Positions 10,320 through 20,172 are shown, numbered from the stretch's first letter. The stretch: DNA of 64,000 nt from a virus (IMGVR_UViG_3300017388_000002:1-64000), one strand, 5' to 3'. Translations and numbers: made by a program. Notes: generated by a model not told the origin, from the letters alone.

Positions 10320-10913
10320 TCAGTCTGGATTTTCAATACCCCTTCTGTTCAACCGCCGCAACTCGCAGTATACCAAATCCACGGAGTCTCGGTAAAACTG
10401 AGTTCGATCTTTCTTGGTAGCCAGATCGAGGTATTGAAGCAACAGTTTGGCTTGTTTTTGCTTAACCCTCATAAATGGCAGTACCAAGGGAAGAAGCATT
10501 CTGGCTTGATTAGAAGAGATGTGCCAATCATATCTGTCCTTGTTATTTTCTTTTCTACGCTTAACGAACTGCACCCGGCCAAAACCGAATTCTTCTCTAA
10601 TCTCGTGCATTACCGGGTTGGTAAGAGTGATAACCAGCCTTGGAAACATATAATGATTTCCTTTGAACCTTCCTTGTGACCGTTTGGATTTCGCCAATCC
10701 AACATACCCTTCTCCGTCTATCAATCCAGCTAGATAGGCAGTCTGTTCTTTCGACAAATCAATCGGAATCGGTTTCAATCTAGTTTTATTGCCCCTAAGT
10801 TCGTGATTACAATCTCGGCAACGTCTATCTAGTCCATCTTTTGATCTGGATAGACGGGAAAAATCAACTAGAGGCTTATCAACTCCACACTTTTTACACG
10901 TTTTGCTAAACAT
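10320..10913 (-). mobile_element. free-standing LAGLIDADG homing endonuclease with N-terminal CxxC Zn-ribbon
   Basis: YLAGLIDGEG motif; CKKC...CRDC. Confidence 0.85.
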
Positions 10914-10934
10914 ATAACACCACTGAAATTTCAG

Positions 10935-10963
10935 TTGACATGACTATATCAAATCGTTAGATT
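10935..10963 (+). promoter_or_regulatory. sigma70-type promoter
   Basis: TTGACA-17 bp-TAGATT, followed by AAGGAG RBS. Confidence 0.65.
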
Positions 10964-10982
10964 GAGTGCAAGGAGATAAAAA

Positions 10983-11765
10983 ATGGATATAGAACACATC
11001 TCTGTAAGTAGAAAACAGTGTTGGGATTTGTGTCAATACCAGTACAAGTTTCGATACCACCTGCGGGCCATCCCTCCTGGGGAGGAGCCATTCTACTTCA
11101 TCTATGGCAAGGTTATCCACAAGATAGCCCAGAACTACGTCGAGGCTAAAGGTGCTAGACTACTCAAGGACGTGACGCACGACGTACTCAGCGGTAATGT
11201 CGTCATCGAAGAAGGTAGGGATGGAAGACCCCACACTTACTGTCCGAGCGAGATACCAACGGAGTACAAGAAGCGGATGCCATCTCATCTCCGAGCCATT
11301 GAGCGTCTAACCGAGCAAATCGGGTTTGGCGGCGTGACAGAACATAAGTTCCGTTACGACCTAGACCCGCCCCACCACCGCTTCGTCACTGGCTTCATCG
11401 ACCGCTTCATCGAGAAAGACGGCAACTACTTCATCATCGACTACAAAACTTCCAAGGAGAGCAGGTTTCGCAAAAACAACCTGACCATTCTCAGCGATCT
11501 ACAGTTGCGGACGTATGCAAGGGTAGTCCAACGAGAATTCAACGTCAAGGCCGACAACATCAAGTGTGCCCTCTACTATCTGGAGGGTGCCAAACTCATC
11601 GGAGCGAAGTACAGTCAACAGTCATTAGAGGCGGCAGAGTCAGAGCTTCTAGAAGTCTACAAGCAGATAGAGGGGACCGAGCCGGACGCAGCATGGGGAA
11701 ACGTAGGCCAGCACTGCGAAAGGTGCGATTACGTCAAGATGTGCCCGTTCTACCGGATGCACTAA
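10983..11765 (+). CDS. PD-(D/E)XK RecB/Cas4-like exonuclease
   Basis: GKVIH, GFIDR, IIDYKT, QLRTYA motifs and C...CxxC...C Fe-S cysteines. Confidence 0.9.
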   Translation: MDIEHISVSRKQCWDLCQYQYKFRYHLRAIPPGEEPFYFIYGKVIHKIAQNYVEAKGARLLKDVTHDVLSGNVVIEEGRDGRPHTYCPSEIPTEYKKRMPSHLRAIERLTEQIGFGGVTEHKFRYDLDPPHHRFVTGFIDRFIEKDGNYFIIDYKTSKESRFRKNNLTILSDLQLRTYARVVQREFNVKADNIKCALYYLEGAKLIGAKYSQQSLEAAESELLEVYKQIEGTEPDAAWGNVGQHCERCDYVKMCPFYRMH

Positions 11766-11824
11766 CACAACTAGAGAAGAACAAAATTCTGCTAGATTTT
11801 TGCGAAACTCTGAACTACGACCAA

Positions 11825-12155
11825 ATGATCGTATTCTCAGATAAAGGCAATTTGTTCAATCGGCAAAGCATGGACAAGTTACCTTCTAGACGAAAATGAA
11901 TCTTGGTCGAAACTGCGTCTGAACCATGTCACTCATATCTACAAACTAGAACTGGACCTCGGACAGTTGTGTTGTATAGAGTCAATCAAGCAATTTAACG
12001 AGTTTGAGAAGAAGTTTTCTGTTGCTGACAGTTCCTCGGCTCTTCGTACTATAGCCTGGAAAAAGGTAGCCAAGGACTATGCAGGCATGAAAATAAAATT
12101 CCAACCCAAAAAGACTTCTACTGGCGATGACAAATACTACTCCCCTTGGTATTGA
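11825..12155 (+). pseudogene. probable frameshifted remnant of a phage hypothetical gene
   Basis: The MIVFSDKG frame stops at 11899, while the 11967-frame is open upstream (KAWTSYLLDENESW...) with no ATG. Confidence 0.35.
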
Positions 12156-12198
12156 GATTGGGACATCTCCTCCGGGTGTGTTTGAGATCGTGGTGCTG

Positions 12199-13200
12199 TT
12201 AAGGACGTAAAACTCTTGATAGCATTTCAACCACTCTGGAAACTCCTCGATACTGAAGAGGCATCGGGTTTACCGGGATTGGTATAAAGTCAGAGGGGAA
12301 CTGTCGCCCTGGTTCCAGCATATCCCTGATCGGAATCTCTCTAGCAACCGATCCCGATTTCGGCACTTTCAGTAACCAATCGAAACCATTCTGAGTCCAT
12401 ACCTTGTGAATACTGCTGAGGGGTGTAAAATAGCCAATGCCAGACCCGCTAGTATCGGATGTACCCCAACAAGTTCCTATGTAAAAACCTGCATCATCCA
12501 TCAAACCGCCGCCTGATCTTCCAGGCCGTGGGCTGTTGTATTTAGTAACTAGATCATCGCTGCGGATGCCCACGATCTCGACATCGTAGTGTGCGACTTC
12601 TCGGCCTCCGTCACAACCACAGGAATGAACATGGGTGCCCACCGGTATTTGGTGGTTGACCGGAGCTATTGGAAAATAGTGCGGCACCCAATCGGGCTTG
12701 AATCTAATGAGACTCGTATCATATCCTCTGTTATTGCTCCAAAACAAAACTTCGGCCTTGTAAGTTTTCGGGCTGTCTAGCTTAGTCTCGTTACGATACC
12801 ACGTTATGACCTCACAAGTTACGGGATTTCGTTTAAGGTCTTCTGCTGATTTGGTGCCGCTCCACAGGTGTCCACAAGAGGCTACATAGGCGTATCCTGT
12901 ATTCTGATCAAAGAAGATTATAGTTCCCGATCCACTAGCCCCTCTAACGCTGATCTTCAAGCTGGAGGCCACCCATTTTCTAACTTCGGGGCCTCGCTGC
13001 TCTTCTGGTGCCCCGGTTCTTATAGAAGCGGTAACTGGATCGCTGTCTTCTACAAGCGGCATAGGGGCTACGCCGCCGTGTGAGTGGCTCCAAGATATAA
13101 TTTTGTCCGGCTTAGGGGCGAGTATACTATGCATTCCCAGCAACGTGACGAATGCTGTAGTCAACATCCCTAGAAAGGCTTTCCAGTAATTACCGTTCAT
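12199..13200 (-). CDS. N-terminally membrane-anchored trypsin-like (S1) serine peptidase
   Basis: Hydrophobic N-terminus; GSGTII, SCGHLW (His), YDTSL (Asp), PGRSGGGL (Ser). Confidence 0.85.
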   Translation of the reverse strand: MNGNYWKAFLGMLTTAFVTLLGMHSILAPKPDKIISWSHSHGGVAPMPLVEDSDPVTASIRTGAPEEQRGPEVRKWVASSLKISVRGASGSGTIIFFDQNTGYAYVASCGHLWSGTKSAEDLKRNPVTCEVITWYRNETKLDSPKTYKAEVLFWSNNRGYDTSLIRFKPDWVPHYFPIAPVNHQIPVGTHVHSCGCDGGREVAHYDVEIVGIRSDDLVTKYNSPRPGRSGGGLMDDAGFYIGTCWGTSDTSGSGIGYFTPLSSIHKVWTQNGFDWLLKVPKSGSVAREIPIRDMLEPGRQFPSDFIPIPVNPMPLQYRGVSRVVEMLSRVLRP

Positions 13201-13258
13201 GCTATAATAAACCTCCGTGTGGCTCTAACTATATAGCTTGTTGAAAAGGGAACCTTCC

Positions 13259-13747
13259 ATGATTACGTTATCGATTTCGCACCACATTTCACTCACCAAA
13301 GAACAGAGGTATAGTCTCGCCAAAGGCGAGCCTCAAAAGGTGGTTGGCATCAGCGTACCGGTTTGGTTCGAGAAAGGGTCTACCTCCGAGCCAGCGGTAG
13401 AGGTCTTCTGTGAATATGAGCTAACCAACCGGTCAGATCACTACCCCATTAAACGGAAAAATCGTGGCTATAAGATTAACATGCCGCAACTCCCAGAAGA
13501 CTACAAACCACCAAAGAAGATACCCGACGAGAAGTGGCGGCAACTGCCCGAAGAGTTGAAGCAACAATACTATAAAAAAACCAAAAAGCCGCCGACCGCA
13601 GAGAACCTGTTAGACGAGGAGGATGGCGGTTCGAGGTATCTAAGGTTCCTAGAGTACAACAAGGTGAAGGAAAAGGACAAAGTGAACAACATAGTTCACT
13701 ATGTCGAGATCATGACTATGGAGGAAATGATGGAGTCACTGGCGTGA
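13259..13747 (+). CDS. hypothetical protein
   Basis: AAAGGG RBS; divergent from the peptidase across a TATATA box. Confidence 0.65.
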   Translation: MITLSISHHISLTKEQRYSLAKGEPQKVVGISVPVWFEKGSTSEPAVEVFCEYELTNRSDHYPIKRKNRGYKINMPQLPEDYKPPKKIPDEKWRQLPEELKQQYYKKTKKPPTAENLLDEEDGGSRYLRFLEYNKVKEKDKVNNIVHYVEIMTMEEMMESLA

Positions 13748-13962
13748 GATACTCCTTCTTCTTCCACTACAATAAACCGGCTAGCAAACAAAGAGGCAGG
13801 CCGATCATTAGCCTGCACTATCGCCAGCAATGCTTGCTTGTCGAAAATTTAGTATGTAATGTGCCAACCAAAGGGAAGGTCAATAAGAGGCAGCCGTTTT
13901 TCGTCATGACGGGCAAAGCCAACGAGGTCGTTATCGACAGTAATGTGGCCCACATCAACTAG
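13744..13962 (+). CDS. small hypothetical phage protein
   Basis: GTGA-coupled; FFFHYNKPAS motif. Confidence 0.6.
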   Translation: MRYSFFFHYNKPASKQRGRPIISLHYRQQCLLVENLVCNVPTKGKVNKRQPFFVMTGKANEVVIDSNVAHIN

Positions 13963-14486
13963 CAGGCCGTGCAATCCTTTAGAGACAATCCTAATCTCAC
14001 ATTGATCGACTGGCCGTTGTCGAGTGTAACTAACTGAGAGAGTGGCACGCTTGAAATCAGGTGCCCAAGGTTATCACTGGTAGTAGCCATGAATAGGTTG
14101 CTAACCGGTCCCCAACTCCCACCTGTTGCCGAAAAGGTCACGATTGGGGATTGTGCCAAGTTGTGACTACCTACTACAGCAATTGTGAAACTCCCCGATC
14201 CAACTGCCTGTCTGTTATATCCGTTTATAGTGGGTTCGTCGCCGGTCGTGGCGATGATATTTAGGGTATCTGAGTCATCTAACGACCCCCTGTTATCCAG
14301 ACCGAAATAATAACTTCCAGGTATAGTAAATCCGGCGAAGAGGGCCTTCAACATGTACTCTTCACCGTCAATGTGAAAGATATTGTGCAGGTTCTCTTTC
14401 CGCCAGATCACCGTACCATCTAGGTCCACCTTCTCTATGCTCAGCACATTTACGAACGGTTTGTACATCCAGCTTTTGCTTCTCAT
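13959..14486 (-). CDS. probable tail/baseplate structural protein
   Basis: GYNRQAV...VTFSATGGSWGPV pattern typical of small phage tail proteins. Confidence 0.6.
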   Translation of the reverse strand: MRSKSWMYKPFVNVLSIEKVDLDGTVIWRKENLHNIFHIDGEEYMLKALFAGFTIPGSYYFGLDNRGSLDDSDTLNIIATTGDEPTINGYNRQAVGSGSFTIAVVGSHNLAQSPIVTFSATGGSWGPVSNLFMATTSDNLGHLISSVPLSQLVTLDNGQSINVRLGLSLKDCTAC

Positions 14487-14503
14487 GCAGTATATAAGTA
14501 GGT

Positions 14504-14692
14504 ATGCTGGAGTTCTCTTTTAAGAAATGGCTTGAGGAAGTAGGGGCTGGAATTAACGGCCTCGAAGCTCCTAGAGAACGGCCTGAGTTATTTGTCAATC
14601 CAACACATCACGGCTGTGGGTCCAAAGAACTTCCTCCGACCCCCCAAAATAAGAAACGAATGCCCATGAAGAAAAAGCAAAGGAAGTCATGA
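14504..14692 (+). CDS. small putative internal head protein (MLEFSFKKWLEE)
   Basis: CTS-like N-terminus, basic tail, TATATA upstream. Confidence 0.6.
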   Translation: MLEFSFKKWLEEVGAGINGLEAPRERPELFVNPTHHGCGSKELPPTPQNKKRMPMKKKQRKS

Positions 14693-15441
14693 ATCGGACA
14701 AATACCTTTCTAGCAGTAGCCCTATCTGCTCTTTTAAGCCTCTTGGTGATGTTCGCTGCGGCCCCGCCGCAGGTAGGCCCGCAATACAATCCGGCATGGC
14801 CTGAAATCACGACAACCTATACCGAGTCATACGTCTCTATTTACGGCGAAGAGGAGCCGGATGGCTTACATAGTCCGATTCCGATGGACTGCCGTGTGAG
14901 GAATTACACCGGCATTCAGTGTGTATGGTCTTCTATAGAAATGCTAGGAAGGTGGGCCGAAGAACCCAAGCTAATGAACCCGCCTCTTACCAGTAGGTCG
15001 GACTGCAAAAGTTATTCTGGGCCGGGTTCTGCCGCCAAGAAACTCAGGGAACTTGGCGTCAAATTCGAGCAAGTTGCAGGGCAGGATCGACAGGCCAGCA
15101 TAGCTCTAATGAAGAAAGCGATGGCTGAAGGCCGAGGAGCCTTGTTTGGTGTCCCTGGACACGCTATGGTCTGTGTACACTACGACGAGCAGCAGAATGT
15201 AGCCAAGTGGATCGATAACAGTGACCGTTCGCTGAAAGTACAGACCAGTACAGTCCAAGAGTTCAATCGAAGATGGGACGACTGGGTGCTAGTAATCTAT
15301 GCAGATAATGACATCATCCCTCAAAAAATTATGGCACAAGGCGGTGCCGTCAGAAGCATTCCAATCTTTGACTCGGAAAATCCAAGTCGAGTCTTCCCCA
15401 AAGATTTCATACCTCTTCCTGGCTATCATGGTAGGGAATAG
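14689..15441 (+). CDS. signal/TM-anchored papain-like (C39-like) cysteine peptidase
   Basis: Hydrophobic N-terminus; QCVWSS (Cys), GHAMV (His), WIDNS. Confidence 0.6.
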   Translation: MNRTNTFLAVALSALLSLLVMFAAAPPQVGPQYNPAWPEITTTYTESYVSIYGEEEPDGLHSPIPMDCRVRNYTGIQCVWSSIEMLGRWAEEPKLMNPPLTSRSDCKSYSGPGSAAKKLRELGVKFEQVAGQDRQASIALMKKAMAEGRGALFGVPGHAMVCVHYDEQQNVAKWIDNSDRSLKVQTSTVQEFNRRWDDWVLVIYADNDIIPQKIMAQGGAVRSIPIFDSENPSRVFPKDFIPLPGYHGRE

Positions 15442-16046
15442 GATTCAGAGAAAATTAGCTCGCCAGGAAATTTGTTGGGTGGCATCATGTGTCTAGTCCA
15501 CATCAACCAGTATTTCCAGAACTTTGGATAGTTCTCCGCAGTAAAAATTTGCTGATCTTCTACAACCTCTTCTGGTGTTTTGCTAGAAACCCTAAAGAAC
15601 CCACACAATGAAGGCGAGGGCAGACTGATGCTTGAGAGATAGATTCTGCGAAATGATCGCCAGAGCCAGCAGTTCTTGGCTATCTCGTGCTTTGATGAGA
15701 TGGGGAAACGATCTGCATAGGAAAAATACTCATCGCTTGCCATAGGTTCACGATACGTGTTCTTCCCAGATGGAATGGGGTCTTCCTGAAACTCCAACAA
15801 GCAATAGTCGGGTTTGACTACTGCATCACTCTCGAATACATCGGCGACACGATACTCGGTCATGGGCGGCAAGACGTTCTCTTCGCCACACTGATCTAGC
15901 AGCCAATGCTTGACAGTGAAGCCCTTGTCTATCGTAATGGCTATTTTATCAGCTTCATACCGTCCCACGATATACAAAGAGCAAGGTGTCTCGAACAAAC
16001 CCCTAGCCGCCCCTGACCTTATCAAATACTCTATCGCCAGATTCAT
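15426..16046 (-). CDS. hypothetical protein
   Basis: 206-aa ORF directly following the acidic protein. Confidence 0.6.
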   Translation of the reverse strand: MNLAIEYLIRSGAARGLFETPCSLYIVGRYEADKIAITIDKGFTVKHWLLDQCGEENVLPPMTEYRVADVFESDAVVKPDYCLLEFQEDPIPSGKNTYREPMASDEYFSYADRFPISSKHEIAKNCWLWRSFRRIYLSSISLPSPSLCGFFRVSSKTPEEVVEDQQIFTAENYPKFWKYWLMWTRHMMPPNKFPGELIFSESYSLP

Positions 16047-16057
16047 ACGTCGCCAAT

Positions 16058-16432
16058 CTAGTCGTCCTCGTCATCGAGGTCGTCGTCCTCTTCGTCGTCT
16101 TCATAATCATCGAAGTCCTCGTCGTCCCAATTGTCCTCGTTATCGAGGTCGTCGTCCTCGTCGTCCCAATCGTCCCAATCGTCCTCATCATCTAGATCGT
16201 CCTCATCATCTAGATCGTCCTCATCATCTAGATCGTCCTCATCATCTAGATCGTCCTCATCATCTAGATCGTCCTCATCATCTAGATCGTCCTCATCATC
16301 TAGATCGTCCTCGTCATATAGATCATCCTCGTCGTCCTCTAGGTCATCCTCATCGAAGTCCTCGTCTTCGACCGTCTCAATGAGATCGTCGTCACCAACA
16401 ACCTCGTGCAAAAGGGTGTCTTTCTCGGACAT
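16058..16432 (-). CDS. extremely acidic Asp/Glu repeat protein
   Basis: AGGAG RBS before MSEKDTLL; (DDEDDL)n. Confidence 0.7.
   Translation of the reverse strand: MSEKDTLLHEVVGDDDLIETVEDEDFDEDDLEDDEDDLYDEDDLDDEDDLDDEDDLDDEDDLDDEDDLDDEDDLDDEDDLDDEDDWDDWDDEDDDLDNEDNWDDEDFDDYEDDEEDDDLDDEDD
16183..16308. repeat. 7 perfect copies of the 18-bp unit CCTCATCATCTAGATCGT
   Basis: Direct reading of the sequence. Confidence 0.95.
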
Positions 16433-16517
16433 GATTAAGCTCCTTTGTTTTGCGAACTCAGCTTCGTATATACTCCAGGGGAGTTTGAAAACAGCCCCTA
16501 TACTACAGGAGGTAAGT

Positions 16518-16964
16518 ATGAAGAAGCTAGTAACTTTTTTGTGTTTTTTGTTAGCCATTGTTCCAATCTTGGGAACCGCAGGTTGCGGAGGCGGCCCAGA
16601 GATTCTCATCGGCCCTATAGTTGCTGGCGTTATCTACTGGAAAAACGGCGAGGCAACCAAGTATTACGCCAACGATTATGCCTCCGTTTCCAGAGCTACT
16701 AGTCGGGCACTCACAGAAATGGGTCTCCCGATTAAGAAGAAGCAGGAAAGTTCCAACAGCGTCTATATCATAGCTGGAGAGAACGACCGCTTCAAGATTC
16801 ACGTCGAGTACGTAGAGCCTAACATCACTCGCCTGCGTTGTCGAATCAATTTCATGGGCGACAAACCCTATGCCGAATTGATGTACAGGAAGGTAGATGA
16901 AGAGGTTAGCATCATAGAATTTGATGACGAGGGGAACCCGACAAGAAACCCCATACGAAGATAA
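16518..16964 (+). CDS. lipoprotein, DUF3568-like
   Basis: AGGAGG RBS; MKK plus hydrophobic stretch plus TAGC lipobox. Confidence 0.65.
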   Translation: MKKLVTFLCFLLAIVPILGTAGCGGGPEILIGPIVAGVIYWKNGEATKYYANDYASVSRATSRALTEMGLPIKKKQESSNSVYIIAGENDRFKIHVEYVEPNITRLRCRINFMGDKPYAELMYRKVDEEVSIIEFDDEGNPTRNPIRR

Positions 16965-16992
16965 AAAAGGCCCGCCGAAGGCGGGCCTTTTT
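16963..16992. terminator. bidirectional intrinsic terminator
   Basis: A6-GGCCCGCC-GAA-GGCGGGCC-T5 between convergent genes. Confidence 0.85.
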
Positions 16993-16993
16993 G

Positions 16994-18373
16994 TTAGCTA
17001 ATTAGTGTTCTATACAGATCGCCATCCTTGATCTCCCATTTAGTATCTGGGTGCGGGCCGACATCATTATCGTCCTTGATGAAACCGACGCACTGCATTG
17101 CGGCTTCGTATACCTCGTCTTCGGACGATGAAACTTCCTCGACTAAAACGCCGTCCTTATTGAAGATATAAAGACTCTCGCCCGCAACGTGTACGTTCAC
17201 GTTGTTCAGGTCAGTGCCTTTGACATACATGCTGTAAACGTACTTGTTTGCTAGCTTGACATTCTTGAGAAATTGTACGGTAACGACGTTGTAATCGCCC
17301 TTCTTTTTCACGCTGCCCTCCACGTCCTTGATATTGGTAGTGGAGAGCATCTTAATTTCTTTCTTCAAGATATCACGGTTGTAGAGTGCGTCTTTGACTA
17401 GTTCTAAATACTTGCCATCGTCATGTGTGCGGGCAGACTCTACTATCAACTTGCCAATCGCCTCGGTCATTTTGGCACAGAGCGGCACCGTGGTGTAGGC
17501 ATCTATCAAGTAATCATAGGCTGTGTTCCTAGCCGCTTGTAGTGCCTGAACAGCGGCCATGCCATCAGCCTTCTTCTTCTCGAATATGCCGATAAGTATG
17601 TCGTACCAAGCACCGAGTAGAATCCTGCCAAAACTATGACATTCAGCACTGATCTGATTGTCTGGTCCTTCTTTGGGGAGTTTGAGGGGATCGATGTACT
17701 TGAAAGTGTTTACTGCATCTCTAAGGCAATTTGGTAGGTGTGTTTTATCGGGGCTGATCCTATACACCACCTGACCAATTTCCTCCGCTAATCTAGAGAT
17801 GACGTTAGACTTCCTAAGATCGCCTCCCGTCTCCGCAAGAGCTTTCTCCACCAACTTGTCGTAATGAATGGCAGAAACTATAGCCGTAGCGTCAGCGAAG
17901 GCCTCGTGTGCCGCCCAAACCTCAAGAGCTTGAACGCTCCAAAAATCAGGACGAATAGAGTCTAGTATGGCATGTCCTACCTCGTGGGTAACTACATCCA
18001 TTGAATCGCAAGTACACAGGAATTTGTTGGTGACAGAATCAAAGACCAAAAAGAACTTGCATCCAAGCCTATCATAATAGGCGTTCAGGTCTTTGCCTGC
18101 TCTAATATTCACCAGTAAAGAGTTGGTTGCGGCCCACTTGAGCGGAGCAGTTGGTTTGAACCGCCCGATGGCTTGTGTGGCTAGGGCGGTGACGTTTGCC
18201 ACAGCGATATAGGCTCTACCTCCCTGTTCCTCCCTCGTGCCGGACTCAGGGGTTACAGTAGGCATTGGAATGACTCGGAAGAAATACCCAGGGATCATAG
18301 GCGGCAACACCATCTCTGCCACTAGGTCTGGTGTTGTTGGATCATTCATTTGGTACTTGATTACTACTGCCAT
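16994..18373 (-). CDS. M4/M36-like gluzincin metallopeptidase
   Basis: LNAYYD, DVVTHEVGH, HEAFAD and ECH motifs; GGAGG RBS before MAVVIK. Confidence 0.8.
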   Translation of the reverse strand: MAVVIKYQMNDPTTPDLVAEMVLPPMIPGYFFRVIPMPTVTPESGTREEQGGRAYIAVANVTALATQAIGRFKPTAPLKWAATNSLLVNIRAGKDLNAYYDRLGCKFFLVFDSVTNKFLCTCDSMDVVTHEVGHAILDSIRPDFWSVQALEVWAAHEAFADATAIVSAIHYDKLVEKALAETGGDLRKSNVISRLAEEIGQVVYRISPDKTHLPNCLRDAVNTFKYIDPLKLPKEGPDNQISAECHSFGRILLGAWYDILIGIFEKKKADGMAAVQALQAARNTAYDYLIDAYTTVPLCAKMTEAIGKLIVESARTHDDGKYLELVKDALYNRDILKKEIKMLSTTNIKDVEGSVKKKGDYNVVTVQFLKNVKLANKYVYSMYVKGTDLNNVNVHVAGESLYIFNKDGVLVEEVSSSEDEVYEAAMQCVGFIKDDNDVGPHPDTKWEIKDGDLYRTLIS

Positions 18374-18428
18374 AGTTCCTCCATTATGCCGGTGAATCGA
18401 ACTATATATTCTTGATAACTGGAGATGT

Positions 18429-19046
18429 ATGGATAAAGAACATAAGATCAAAGAACAACGTACCATTGAGGCCACGAGAGATAATCTCATGGGTCTCAAT
18501 GGTAAATTGGGAATGATTGCCCGATTCTTGGGAGTGCCCATTGTCGCTCAAAGCGAGGGCGGGCCATTTCTAGATACGGGCTATCTCAACTACGGAATCT
18601 ACGAGGAAGTTGATCCTTTCGAGTTGAAGAGTGGCACGCCAGAAGATATCAATCGCCAGATTCAGGCTTGGGAAACAGGCGATCAAAGACCGGACGGGCC
18701 TGAGTGGAATCCGTTGCCTGATGGTAAAGTCATGAACAGCTATTTCGTCGGCTGGTTATTCGACGGGCTGAGTCGTGGTATCCACATGGAGATCAAGTAT
18801 TACGAAGAAAGCAGTGAGCTTCGTGTGGACTACAAAGGCTATATGGTCTACAAAGAAGTCGCTGGCGAGCTTGAAGCCTATGCCCCAGATGAAGAGTGGC
18901 GATCAAAGATAGAAGTATTGTATAAGAGAGCCAAAGAGCTTGAGAGAGATCACAGAAAACTAGAACAAATCGAACGCCATGAGCAGGGATTGAAGAAGCG
19001 GGCCAACTGGCTGAAGAAGATGAAAGACAGATGGAACTTCCAATAG
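18429..19046 (+). CDS. hypothetical protein
   Basis: GGAG RBS. Confidence 0.7.
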   Translation: MDKEHKIKEQRTIEATRDNLMGLNGKLGMIARFLGVPIVAQSEGGPFLDTGYLNYGIYEEVDPFELKSGTPEDINRQIQAWETGDQRPDGPEWNPLPDGKVMNSYFVGWLFDGLSRGIHMEIKYYEESSELRVDYKGYMVYKEVAGELEAYAPDEEWRSKIEVLYKRAKELERDHRKLEQIERHEQGLKKRANWLKKMKDRWNFQ

Positions 19047-19073
19047 AAAAGGGCCTCGTGAGAGGCCCTTTTT
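19047..19073. terminator. bidirectional intrinsic terminator
   Basis: AAAAGGGCCTC-GTGA-GAGGCCCTTTTT. Confidence 0.85.
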
Positions 19074-19075
19074 GT

Positions 19076-19576
19076 TTACCAGTCAATCCAAGGAGATGGA
19101 AGCATTAGTTGCAACACGTTCGAGTTTTGCATCTGATGGAAACTACGTTTCTTCACCTGTATAGTAACATTTAGTGGCAAAGCGGTAGTTGACAGTATGT
19201 GCAAAGTTTCAACTGGCTTCTCTAACAGAGCGATTTCATCTAGTGGTCGTTCTATGGCATGGATTGATTTCTTGATCCTGGTTGTCCTGCCAAGTTTCTG
19301 TAATGCAGTAACTTCGCCGTCTTCTTTTTTGGCGACATGCCAATGATCCGGCAGCCTGTTCGATAACGTAACTTCGTCATCGAACATCTTTTGTAAGTGA
19401 TAGATGCTGCATCTAACGTTACGTCTGTCCACCTTCTTATCTCCTCCTGATTCGGGCTTGTTAGATTGTTCGATGTTTTTTACCTGGAGTATTTCCGCAA
19501 CCGGTATTTCACCGGTTAGTACAATCTCTTTGTCATACCAAGGAAGATTGTAGAGAAGACAATCGCCGAAACTCAT
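19076..19576 (-). CDS. hypothetical protein
   Basis: TAATG-coupled ORF. Confidence 0.65.
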   Translation of the reverse strand: MSFGDCLLYNLPWYDKEIVLTGEIPVAEILQVKNIEQSNKPESGGDKKVDRRNVRCSIYHLQKMFDDEVTLSNRLPDHWHVAKKEDGEVTALQKLGRTTRIKKSIHAIERPLDEIALLEKPVETLHILSTTALPLNVTIQVKKRSFHQMQNSNVLQLMLPSPWIDW

Positions 19577-20172
19577 TACATGATGAACATGATGTACGCC
19601 AGAGCCGCCACCTGAGCCGCAATTATCATTAGCAACGTCAGATTCATTGCTGGTGTCTTTTGCTGCGATTGTAGTACCCTTTCACCAACGAGTTCTTGGT
19701 AGGCCGAAACTTGTGGAACCGATTGGGCTTTGACGGCCTTGGGTGCGGGCTGCTGTGGCGGCTCCACATTCTCATGTTCCTTGATAGCTCTGACAGCAGA
19801 TACAACGGCGTCGATGAGTTCTTCTCTGGTAACAGAGCAGTCTTCCTTCTTGACGCCAAGGGCCGAGACACCCTGTTGTTCCAAGGCAATGTGCTTGACC
19901 AATTGCATCCTACTCTCAGGTGGGTCAATTGATTCAACCAGTTGCTCGACTACCTCGCCGGTAGACGGATCAACTGACTCGATGGTACGTTCGCAGATGA
20001 CGTTACGACGCTTCTCAACGATGCGTTTTTCCAGTAACTTATCCCGCTTAGGCTCAGCGTGAAGCTCAACAACACGAGTTTCCCCGTCGTCCGTGACGTG
20101 TCTTTCGGCGTGCCTCCCGTCTTCTAGTTGGATTCTCTCCACTACTGTTTTAACTTCTTCGTTACAACTCAT
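19576..20172 (-). CDS. C-terminally membrane-anchored hypothetical protein
   Basis: GAGG RBS; C-terminal LTLLMIIAAQVAALAYIMFIM. Confidence 0.7.
   Translation of the reverse strand: MSCNEEVKTVVERIQLEDGRHAERHVTDDGETRVVELHAEPKRDKLLEKRIVEKRRNVICERTIESVDPSTGEVVEQLVESIDPPESRMQLVKHIALEQQGVSALGVKKEDCSVTREELIDAVVSAVRAIKEHENVEPPQQPAPKAVKAQSVPQVSAYQELVGERVLQSQQKTPAMNLTLLMIIAAQVAALAYIMFIM

Noticed and set aside
10983-11765. Cas4 as part of a CRISPR-Cas locus
   Set aside because: No cas1/cas2 or array nearby; solo Cas4-like nucleases are common in phages.
15910-16517. Arg/His-rich ORF 15910..16383 and Ser-rich extension 16131..16517
   Set aside because: Antisense readings of the acidic repeat gene; the lipoprotein has its own RBS at 16518.
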